From: Amoebophrya sp. A120
Lineage: Eukaryota; Protista; Dinoflagellata
DNA length: 64,000 bases
Direction: 5' to 3'
Assembly (NCBI GenBank): GCA_905178155.1
Contig: CAJINV010000010.1
Location: forward strand, 3,554,587-3,618,586
Part shown: one piece after another, positions 1 through 10,847 of the stretch
How positions within the stretch are numbered: the first letter of the stretch is position 1
Layout: every line of letters begins with the position of its first letter
Notes under the pieces: model-generated
Seen by the model: only the letters and a program-made list of their open reading frames with translations
Told to the model about the DNA's origin: nothing
Database searches by the model: none
Position numbers and translations under genes: made by a program

Positions 1-191
1 GTCAACATGCACCGCCAAGCATGACGGATTTTTCCGTGGCTTTGTGTATTCGCGTGTTCCGCATGAGAAACGTTCCTGCATGACAAACAAGAGGACCTAT
101 TACTGGTCGCGCAATACAGAGCTCAGTGTCATGCCAGACTACCATGACAAATATCGCATTCTTCCAGAGCCAGACCTATATGCAATGCATA
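1..191. mobile_element. Partial or degenerate family-A introner (right TIR only visible)
   Basis: ccagagccagacctatatgcaatgcata ends at 191, next to an exon of the ECH gene; internal gcatgacaaa motifs are present. Confidence 0.5.
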
Positions 192-1416
192 ATACAGTCG
201 GTGGTGCAATACCGAATATCGCAGGCGGAAAACATTTCCAGTCCCGCTCCGATACACAGCTTCGCTACGATATCCAGGAAGAAAAATTAGGTTGGTGTGT
301 TTTTTTTTGATCATGGGTGGCAACAAGATCAAAAATTTGTCCTTGCGAAAGACAGACGAAACTCGAGGTGCATGCAAACCAGTACTACGTCATAAACACA
401 ATCACGCCATGCTTTTGTCAGTGGCACATTCACAAGTGATAATTGCTTTTCAGAGTGGTTCTACTGCAAGACGCACACAAACCTACAGAAATAAACAACA
501 CTTTTTTTCCTTTGATATGCGACTCCAATGACCGGCTTCGTGCAGAGCTGGATCGCGCGGCAAGATTCCTGCATCTCTTTTAGTATCAAAGAGAACAAGT
601 CCAGTTGTTCCCGCACCCACTTCTCGCCGGGAGATTTGTCATGCGTGGATCACACAGCTGCACATGGAGTACATGAGTGGAAGATCATTGCTCGTCCCGC
701 GCGTTTTGCAACGCGATGAATATCATAACTTTTTGTGGTTCAAAATGCAATGCGCGCGATCGTGTCGCATATGAGACTTACGTTACGCCGGCGGCTTGAG
801 ATGCGAGAACAAGTGAAATTCGGATCGCATAATTATCGCGTTCATCATGAAAAGCGACTTTCTCCCGACATCCTCGATGTGCGTCGGCTGGAGTGACGTC
901 AATACCTCCAGATCGATGCCCGAGCAAAAGACCTTCGAGTCGCCCGCGGTGAGGATGATGACGAGCACTGTCCCGTCGGTGCAGAGCTTGGGAAAAACTT
1001 CCTTCAGCTCCTGAAACATGGTGATGTCCATCGCCTTATGCATTGCAAATATGTCTGGGTCTGGGCGAGTGCAACTTGTGATGCTGCATCTGGATGCTCA
1101 AAACATCTGTATTGCATGAGCATCAAGGGGAGTCAAATTTGGCTACCCGGAGAGCAGGGCATTTGTCATGCGCGCTGCGCATCGATAAGCGCTTAAAAAA
1201 TGTGTGAGGCTGAGGCATGCATCACAGACATCACGCATCATGGAAAATGTGCATGACAAACTTGTCCTCTTCCAGACCCAGACATATTTGCATTTCATAC
1301 GCGTTCAGCTTCTTCGGCCGGTTCAGCTCCACCTTGGCGACCCCGGTCTTTTCGTCCGTGGACACCCGGAGGGTCTTCAGCCCCTTCGCGTACTCGGGCG
1401 TGGACGAGAAAGTCAT
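1..1416 (-). CDS. Enoyl-CoA hydratase/isomerase (crotonase) family protein, ECH1/delta3,5-delta2,4-dienoyl-CoA isomerase-like; multi-exon, 3' end outside the window
   Basis: Hand-spliced exons read VAKVELNRPKKLNA|MDITMFQEL...IILTAGDSKVFCSGIDL, EMQESCRAIQLCTKPVIGVA (about 520-577) and CIGAGLEMFSACDIRYCTTD (about 195-255), which are classic crotonase-fold motifs. Confidence 0.85.
1037..1299. mobile_element. Introner, family A (TIR TATGCATTGCAAATATGTCTGGGTCTGG)
   Basis: About 28-bp TIR; flanks cgcct/cgcgt; removal joins KKLNA to MDITMF in frame. Confidence 0.9.
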
Positions 1417-3426
1417 GATTCTTTTTTCCTCAGTTGTCTCCTCGGTGCTTTATAGAGGTTGTATACGAACCTATTAATAAGTACGAGCAGTAGTACCTCT
1501 CCCTGCGAAAAGTAAGAATACCCCCCTGGCAACGTTCGACGATTGTCGCTAAAAGTTCTTCGATTTTTCCTTCTTTTTGCTCCTTAAAGACTGTAAAAGT
1601 AAGTACTGTTTACCTGGAAAAATAATTCTCGTTGTACTTCAAAAATATTCAACGAGAAAGCAATGAAAAGCCTCAAGCCGATCTACTCCGGTTCTTGATG
1701 AACCAGCAAAAGGTTAGACAGGCGATTTCGCATTCGGCACAGAAGTGGTCCTGCGGCTGCACCGGCTGGATGTTGCAGTAGACTTCGTTGCGAAGTAGAA
1801 AACTTTTTTTTCAATAATTTCTGCACAAAAAACTAAATAAAACCGACTGTTTACTGGCCATGATGTTCCGTCTTTTGATAGCGATCCGAGATAGGACACC
1901 AGATCATGAGAACCACCGACAAAAAAGGGCAACAGCGGCTCCGCGCTGTGGAAATAAGTACATTGGGACCGACGAACTTCAACTTGCTTCCGGGGTCGCA
2001 AAAATCCAGCTTCGAAAAAAAAAACACGTAAACGAACATTTCTGTACCAGGAAAAGCAAAAGAAGCGAACAATCTGGGCTGTGGATCTATCATGATCCGC
2101 CATCAGAAAAAAAGACCCACTGTGCGGGGCCTCTGGAGGTACTTATATTAGCCCCCGCGCAGTTCTTTTCCATGTTGATGTAGTAGAGCGAAGGAACAAT
2201 GAAATAAACCTCCTCTGGGTCGAGTGTTCGTGCTTGCTGACCGGAAATAGTACTTCTAAACAGGGTTGAACTAAAAACGAGTATCAGTGTCAGTGAATGA
2301 CGTAAAAGAGAAATGATGCCTGTAGTTGCTGAGGATACCAGACCACTTGTCGAAGTAGATTTTTTGTGAGAAAGTTGTTCACACGACACAATAAACGTCA
2401 GTAGAGATTAAATCTTTACTTCTAACGCCTCCTCGGGAGAAGAGTTGGGAAGCTCAAGGAGAGAGTTTTCTCGTCTGCTCGTCGTCGTTGACCATTTCTC
2501 ATGCGGAGCGTTGGAGCTGCCACCAGCCCCAACAACTTCATCTGACGCAGCGTGTCTTATGCGGCTAATCTGCTGGCTCGCTCTACCGAGATGCTTGACG
2601 AGAGAAGACTACAACATCTACTTTCGCCTACATCTACTTTCGCTAGCTACTGTGCTTTGAAAAATTTTTCTGCCTTTTCATAAAATCCGTGGTGTGGTTT
2701 CGCTTCGGAGACGAGTAATACAAGCAGCTATTGGTGCTCGTGACCGCTGCCAGCAAATAAAACTGACTGTGTTATGATGTCGTGTGATGTGGTCGGCGAT
2801 AGAGACCACGGAGTCGTCGACGAGCGACCCACAGCTAAAATATAGAGACCAGATACGACATGACCAACTGGGTACAACTACTCTAGAACCGCGAGTGCAG
2901 TTCTTGTTGTGCCCTCTGAGATTATTTCCATAGATTGTTGCTAGAATTGGACGATGAAAATCTGTGTGATATTGATGACGTTGACCTATTGCGAAAATAA
3001 ACCCTGCCGTGAACAACGAATTTTACATGATCTTCACAGACGCTATGTGTAGGAGCAGCAGCCTGTGAAAAGGACGAGAAATAGCCAGTAGACAAAGTAG
3101 ACTGTGCCGTGAAGAAGAAGAGTAATGTGAGATGATTTATTTTCTCACTTGACATCAGCAAGCAGGAGGCTCCTGTTGTCCATCGCTCTGCCGGGGGATC
3201 ATGTTCTTGGCCACAAAAACTACTACCCACCCGCACAGCTCCTCCGGATCATCGTCGAGCTTGCTCTAGCTGTGCTGGTGTGCTGCACGACCAGCGTAGT
3301 AGTCGCGGGCCGGCCCTAGGTATGATCTTACTTCCTAGCGGAGGAGCGATAGAAGTTGCACACCGACAGAAGATTGCAGTGGACGACGAACAACGTTGTA
3401 CAAGCCCTGCTGCTACTTCTTCTTTT

Positions 3427-6400
3427 TCACGTCTGCGCCCAGTGGTGGAAATTCGTCCAGAAGTCGCGCTTGGTCTTTGCTGAAACCGCAAGCCTTGCAT
3501 GTCCAATCTTCCACGGAGTTTTGCAGCGTACCTGATAAGAAGTAAAGGTTTGGTACATTTTTTTCGCATGACAGATTTCTGTCTGCGCCGATACAACTGA
3601 TATCTGGTTCATCGCAAAGAATAAAAGCGTGAAGTGTGGTTTTATCCTATCTACTTCCATTTCTCTCTTTCTCTATGGTTATGCACATGACAAAAATCAT
3701 CTGTACTAGAAAAAATGAACAAATCATACATCTTGGGCAGGTCCACATGGTAGCCAGTATCTGTGCCACGCCGGGGGCTGCGTCGCTCTTTGGCGCCGTC
3801 TTATTGTCTGCGGTCTTTTTTTATGCATTGCAAAAATATCTGGGTCTGGAAGATTCCGAGATTTGTCATGCAGTTTTTCCAAGCAGCCCAAAGTCTGGAG
3901 TGCGGGGTTTAGCATCACAGGTTGCGCAGCCCCTTGGTGATGCCTATTCTGCATGAGAAATGCCCTCTAAGCATGGCCAGAAGTGGGCATCTTTTGCATG
4001 TCACGCATCACAGATCTTTGTATGATCCGCAACACGCATCACAAGTTCGGATCCTTCCAGACCCAGACATTTTTACATTTGATATTTTTACGACCTTCTT
4101 CGCTGGGGCGGTGGACTTCGCCTTGTGTATCAAAGAAAAAAAGTTCGTCACGATCACTCATGCGCATTCTTGCAATACAAAATTGTTTGTCATGCGTAAA
4201 AATGCATCACAGCCAAACTTCATTAGGGATTTCCCTAGTGTTTCTGCAACACAAGGAAAGTTTGTGACGCTGAGAAAATTTGTAATGCAAAACCTGCAAG
4301 TTAGTGACTGTGACAAACTTTTTTCTCTCCATATTGTGCCGTTTCCTGATAGAAGTTTTAGAAGAAAAAATAACTGATATGTCTTTCCACACCTCTATCA
4401 TCTGGAGTATAGAACTATAGAACGTTGCAAGCTGCTTCATCTACAACTTCGAAAGTCGTGCATGGAAGTAAAACAGCAGCCTCTAGAAGTGCTTAGTCAT
4501 GAAGCAGAGGCTCAAGAACAAAAAATGTTGTCCAGCAAAAAGGTTGTACTCTGCGTTAGCCACGACGAAGTCTCCCATGGTCAAGCCCGGCCTGCCCTGG
4601 TTATGTCGATCTTTTCCGCCTTGCCCGTCGTTGTTGCCGCCCTGGCCCGCGATCGCAGACTTGTAACTGTTGCCGCCGTAGGACCCATCCTGGTTTTTCA
4701 TCGAGGCGCCGTAGTTATACTCCTGCTGCACGCCGTTATCAAATGCAAAAATGTCTGGGTCTGGGAGATTCCGAGACTTGTCATGCAGATTTTCCATGAT
4801 CCATGTCGTCTCGAATGCAGCACCTAGCATGACAGATTCTGTGAGATCCCTACCATGCCTATCCTGCATGAGAAACTCCCTGCCAACTTGGTCAAAAGTG
4901 GACAGCTTTTGCATGATCCAGAATTAGCATGACAAGTTGCAACCTTCCAGACCCAGACATTTTTACAGTTGATAGCCGTAGTATTTCTGCAACAGCTTCG
5001 CAAACGCCTCCCACTGGTCTTGCTCGGATTCCACGGAACTTATCCTGTGCAAAAGCATCGCACTCGTATTGCAATCATGCATTACAAGTCCTTTTGTTAG
5101 GGTAAATCCGCATTACAAATTTTATTTCTCACGCTGAGAAAATTTATCATGCATCTATACGAGTACGATACTTTTGCAGTTCATAGAACTGGGGTTCACG
5201 CAGTAGTTGGTCACATCGATGAACAGGTCGTATCTGATAATTGTGTATATTTTTGTGCGATTTGTGTAATGCGACATAACCACTTACTGTCTTTTCTGTC
5301 ATGAACCATTTGTGCAATCAGAAGTTGTTTTACACATAGACATAGATATTTCGCATGAGAAATAGTAAAAGAAAATTGTCATATACAGTTGCATCCTGAC
5401 GTCGCTGAGTGATCGCAATTCCGCGACCGAAAGTGCTGCCGCACCCCGTTTTGCTAGCTCTTGCCGCAGGAACGACTCTGTTTTTTATTGGTCGTTAATA
5501 ATTTGGAAGTCAGGCTCGCAAGCATTTCCGGCACGACAGAGGTTGTCTGTGTTGCTTAGCCATGCAAACCTGTGCGTAACTCACTGTCGTTGCTGTAACA
5601 CTTTTTTTCAAATTGCATTTGCAAAATAACACCAGTATGAAAATAAGTACCTTCTGCTTTGTGCCGTTCCATCTGCAGCAAGTCTTCCAGCGTTTTCCTG
5701 CCTTTCCCACTGCCTTTCAGCGCCGCGCCGCTCATGGGTTTCCCGCCCTTGCCCATGCCCGGCGGTCCACCCATCATGCCGTTCTTGCCGCCCATGATCC
5801 TGTTCCCGCCTCGCGGCGACTGCAGCTGCCCGGGGGGTGGGCCACCGACACCGCCCATCATCGGGGGTATGCCACTCGGCGGGCCGCCGGAGATCAGGTT
5901 GGGATTGTAGACCTGGTTGTGATGCTGTGCTGCGCCTGGTGGGCCTTGCATGTGATGCGACTGCGCACCCGGTCCCACTCCCGGGGGCCCATTCTGCATG
6001 AGGTTCGGACTCTGTCCCATCGGATGATGATGTTGAGATACACCATGTTGCGGGGGCGGTGGACCTCTCAAGTGCAAAAATGTCTGGGTCTGGGAGATGC
6101 CGAGATTTGTCATGCAGTTTTTTCAAGCTCCCCCACATCTGGAATGCAGGACCTAGCGTCACAGGTTCTGCAGTTCCGTGGTGATGCGTATTCTGCATGA
6201 GAAATGCCCTCTCAGCATGGCCAGAAATGGGCACCTTTTGCACCTTCTGCATCACAGATCTTTGTAGGATCCGAAACACGCATCACAAGTTCGGATCCTT
6301 CCAGACCCAGACATATTTGCATTTGATAGGACCACCGCCGCCCATCATGTGCTGCATGTGCGGTCCACCTGTGCCGATCTGCCCGGGCGGCGGGCCCATC

Positions 6401-8292
6401 TGGTATTGGTGCTGACCTGCGTGCTGGACCGGCGGCGGCATCTGCGGTGGCGGCAGTGCCTGCATGGGCGGCGGGGGTCCCATCGGATTACTACCGTGGG
6501 GCGGTGGGGGACCACCAGCACCTCCGTGCGGTCCGCCCGGGGGACCACCGCCCATGTTGTGCCCGATCGGGGGTGGCGGCTGCTGATACTGGTTGCGCAC
6601 ATGCTGGGGGCTCCAATCCGGGTTGGGGGACTGCTATCCTGTGCAAAAGTGTCGTACTCGTAGTAATCGCAGTCACGCATTACAAATCTAGCAATCAAGG
6701 CGAATCCGCATTACAAATTTACATTTGTAATGCTGAGGAAATTTGTAATGCGTTTATACGAGTACGATACTTTTGCAATGCATAACTGCTGGTTGGGCGG
6801 CTGCTGGGGAGGTTGCTGGCCGCTGGTGGGGCCACCCTGCTGCGAAGGTGGGGGCTGCCCGGAGGGGGGAGGCCTGATGTCAACGAGGTTTTTTGTGTCA
6901 AAACTCGCGGGATAAAGTAGTTCTACTTCGATTTTTCAGGTAACTACACGCATGACGGAAAACTTCCTTGACTAGTTCGTAGCGTCGTGATATGCATGAT
7001 GACAAAGTTAACGTAAAACTAAAATTTCAATACATGCCCGGCTGCGGGTAGCCGTAAGGATTCGGGTTGTTATTCCAGTGCTGCGGTTGCCCATAAGGAT
7101 CGTAATCGTGCTGTCCTCCATTATTATACCTGCAGATCGATAATCTTATTGCATCACAGTTTTCATTTCTCATCACATTGAGGGCAAGCAACCGAAAGTC
7201 TCTACTTCCGCCACAGAAATGAAGGTTACAACACTATCAATATTCGTATCACTGTGATCTTCATGCACAAAATCCTATTACACCACTAGCACTAGACGAC
7301 TACAACTCGATAATATTATACCCTGGCTGCGGTGGTGGTGCCGTTTGTGGTTGTTGCGCATGCGGCTCTCTTGGGGACGAGGCGTCCTGGAGATTTGATG
7401 ATCCTCGTTTCGATGTATACTTTTATTCAAGGTCACATCCCATGTGATGCTAGAGCTACAAGTGCAACCTCCTCTAGCATGATGACAAAAAATCAACATC
7501 TGAGTGCACTTGCAAAAGAAATATTGAAGGCATCTACGATACGATGTATTAATTATACCATTGGATGGTGTCCCTGCTGCATTCTTTGCTGCTCAACATG
7601 ATGCGACGACTGCTGCGGCGCATCATGCGGCTGCTGTTGCACTGGTGCGGGTGGCTGCTGCGCCTGTTGTTGCGGCGGTGGAGCCTGTTGTTGCTGCTGC
7701 TGCTGTTGTTGCGCTGCAGCCGCCGCCGCTGCTGCCTGTTGCTGCTGCTGGAGCTGCAACTGCTGCTGTTGTTGCTGCTGTTGCTGCTGCTGCTGTTGTT
7801 GCTGCTGCTGCTGCTGTTGAGCCGCAGCGGTGGAGCTAGACACTGATTTGTCCTCCTGAATCACCGTTAGATCCTTCAGATCCTTGCCGCTGAAAACGAT
7901 GTAATCGTAGATCTCGTTGCTCATCGGAACCTCGGGCTCCTTCCTGCCCTCCGTACCGAAAGAACGGACATTTTGAACCGCGATGGTACCTGGATTGATG
8001 AAATTGTTTCCTTCTCCTTCAGCTTGCTTTGCATGACAAAAAAACGCATGTGCGGCCAAGCAGCACTGCTAGTACTGAATAAATGCGGAAAATTTTTTGC
8101 ATGTAAAAATACTGTGCAATAAATAACTATCTTCAAAGTAGCAGCGGAAGAAGCGAGAATTTTGAAATAAGGTCTTATACTCTCTTTTTGGTTCAGCTGA
8201 ATGAGGACGCCCTCGTAGCGGATATCGTGCGTTGTAATCAGACTGATCCTGCTCCCTATGTAAGGGATGTTGGCGCTGCCACTGTCCCCCAT
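3427..8292 (-). CDS. Lsm14/Scd6/RAP55-domain protein with poly-Q and Pro/Gly/His-rich middle region; multi-exon
   Basis: N-terminus [38 protein letters not shown]|[16 protein letters not shown]...[16 protein letters not shown] is the Lsm14 N-terminal domain. Downstream exons join in frame across the introners. The probable end is [16 protein letters not shown] at 3427 (3' end less certain). Confidence 0.8.
3822..4084. mobile_element. Introner, family A
   Basis: TIRs tatgcattgcaaaaatatctgggtctgg / ccagacccagacatttttacatttgata; TSD ttttt/ttttt; join AKKVVK|KTADNK in frame; close copy of 6066-6328. Confidence 0.9.
4128..4333. mobile_element. Introner, singleton TIR type
   Basis: tatcaaagaaaaaaagttcgtcac ... 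gtgacaaacttttttctctccata; TSD ttgtg/ttgtg. Confidence 0.8.
4737..4974. mobile_element. Introner, family A
   Basis: TSD gccgt/gccgt; join LLQKYYG|VQQEYNYG in frame. Confidence 0.9.
5041..5185. mobile_element. Introner, family B (short; TIR TATCCTGTGCAAAAG.ATCG.ACTCGTAT)
   Basis: TSD gaact/gaact; join YCVNPS|SVESEQD in frame. Confidence 0.9.
6066..6328. mobile_element. Introner, family A
   Basis: TSD ggacc/ggacc; the left end reads tctc instead of tatc; near copy of 3822-4084. Confidence 0.88.
6635..6784. mobile_element. Introner, family B
   Basis: TSD actgc/actgc; TIR tatcctgtgcaaaagtgtcgtactcg / cgagtacgatacttttgcaatgcata. Confidence 0.88.
7686..7818 (-). repeat. Coding CAG/CAA trinucleotide tract (poly-Q interrupted by poly-A)
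   Basis: (tgc/tgt)n on the plus strand encodes Q-runs in the Lsm14 gene. Confidence 0.9.
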
Positions 8293-10847
8293 CTTCGACA
8301 AAGGTTCTTGTGGCACAGTGGACACTCTGGTTGTTCTCAATACGCCAGACTAGTGTAGTCTATGGCGGAGAAATTATGTCCTCGCTAGGGGTTTCTGTAA
8401 TGGTCCGCGATCTACTTCGGGTGATCTTCGATTCCCGAATGCTTGTCAGTATCAGGACTCGCCTGCGGATCTAGTTGTAGCTCCGACGGCCGTTCGATTT
8501 TTTCCCGCAGTTTCTCGTTTGAAGGTACTGTTCGTGCTGTCCACAGACAGTGCGGCGCAGGTAGCGGCAAGAAAAACGTGGTTGGCGATTTCTGACTGTT
8601 GTGCGGCCTGACTCAACATCTTCAGGTGAAGTAACGCTGTAGGAGGTACTTTTAGGTTTACGGCAGCAATGGAGCTTGCTGCTCCGGCGTCAAAAGACCG
8701 ACCACACAGCAGATCTTCACGTGTGAGAAGTGGAAATCCTCCTCCACGCAGTCAAGATAAACGCCCAGCACTCCACCTCCACACAATTTAATAGCCGTAT
8801 AGATTTTTTGCAGATGATGTAGCGATAGTAATATTATTTTCGTGTCGCAGTGGAAATATCAAACGGGTAATATGAAGATGGAGTGCGATGACTGACTTTG
8901 AGTCTTATTTCTCTTACGTTCTATTTCCCGTAGCCTTTTATGTGTCAGATGAAGTTTTATTTATCCAAAAATGTGAAGTGATCACTTATTCATCGTGTGG
9001 AAGTAGTCGCCAAAAGTCGTAGTTACAAACAAGTTTCAATTTGTTTATTTTCTGAGATACGTACAGTAAATCATACGAGGGTAGAAAAAAAGTTGAACAT
9101 CAAAACCGGTTAGAGATCCTATGAACTGTCACCTACAACAGGGTAAAGCATAGCACAAAGGTGGAAAAAAGGGCACCCGAAGAGAAAAGGAGTCGCTAAG
9201 ATTAAGATTTCAGGGCGGGGCGAAGATCACGAGGAATTATAGAGAGTAGGAATCAAGTTGTGGCACTAAAAAAACAGAATTGGCGAGCGGGTAAGTCTAC
9301 AGCCGAGAAGTGTGCTTAATTTTGTCGTACAACTACTACAGAAGCGGGCAACATATCGAAAACAACACTAATGACTAAGTATAGACTATTGATTCCAAAA
9401 CACCAGGGCAGCCTCGTCTAGTTGCTGCTGCCCGCAAAGTTAGTACTTCGGAGGTGGTTTGAATTCTATTTGAAAACAAATTTCAAACGTAGGCTCTTCT
9501 ACCCCTATTGTTCTGCGCAACGCTGTATTTTTTAGCAAAGTTTTTGAATTGGATTTGGAAATAAAGCGAAAAAAAAAAATCGAACGAGTGACGAACGAAA
9601 TAATTTTTTTGGGTTTTTTGATTTTTTTACAATTTTTTCAACCTAGAAGTGCTTCTTCTATATGCCCATCTTCTCTACTATCTCTGCGGATTTTACAGAT
9701 TGTTTCCTATTGATATATACTTTTTTCTGGAACTGCTACTTTTACTCGTGCAAGTCTGGGGCAAGAGCCAAACTTGCGGACAACTATCGGAATAAATAGT
9801 TCACCAATATCAGGGCAGAGAGAGACGAAAATAAAGGCACTATAGAGACAACTACAGGGTGCTGTAATTCCGCTGTGAAGATTCGGTTTTTTTTGATAAT
9901 GAAGTTGAGATTTTTTCTCTTGAACAATATTCGGTTTCTTCGAAAGCGGTGCGAATCTTCTTATCCTTTGCTGATTTTGAATCTTCTGTTTACGATTTCA
10001 TCTCTTAGTTCCGGATCCAGTGAGGATCGCTAGGTGCTGTTTATACATGTAATTCGCTTTCGTTGGACGACGAGTCTTACACGACGACCTTGATATAAGC
10101 AGCTTATATCCGCTTTATTTTTTATTTCCAAAAAAAACCTAAACCACCTATGGACAATTGGATTGAAAAGTTTCGGGATCATCTCGAAAGATCTACATTA
10201 CCGGATGATGGAGTGGATCATGATATGTTCTCCTAATTCTCGTTCGTATTTTAGGACTTGCTGGTCGCACAACTCTGCGGTTCGTGTTGATTTCTGTCTT
10301 GTACAAATAAATTCAATGCAGAAATAACACTGGTATTATCTCCGCTACTCGTTCGTTATTTCCCGTAAAATCGACATCTTCGTGCATATAATCTTTCACT
10401 AGGCTTATAGAGCAAAAACCTGAAAGCACCGACTTTCTTTCATGGGTCGCCAGCGGTAGATGGAGTTAGAGTTGTGTCTTCGTACTTCTAAATGCTCTAA
10501 AACTTCTACACCGCTTCTTCTCGCGACCACCCTCTCGTAAGACTTTATTATTTTGCTCTACTTACAACGCGGAACACAACGCGGGTTCATTCCCATCGCA
10601 CTACAGAGGACACGTACTGTACCAGACAGTCGTTTTCTCTTGGGATGCTCTGATGTAACATGATGCGTGAAGCAGAGAAGGGGAAAAAAGGGTTTTAGGA
10701 TTTTGCACCTGCGACATGAGCGAGGAGTGGGAAGAAGAAGTTGTGGGAACATGACCAGAAAAGGCTGCCTGTGATCTTCTTCGCCGCTAGGACGACAGAC
10801 AGGCATGCGACGACGACAAAACTGTCCCCTCCTGCACAACATCGAAA

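Noticed and set aside
8928-8940. Dinoflagellate spliced-leader relic (ccgtagcc...)
   Set aside because: Only about 8 nt match the 22-nt leader (similarly near 37479), which is expected by chance.
8340-10800. Hidden gene or ncRNA in the ORF-free AT-rich stretch
   Set aside because: No ORF, introner or recognisable RNA motif; most simply UTR or intergenic DNA.
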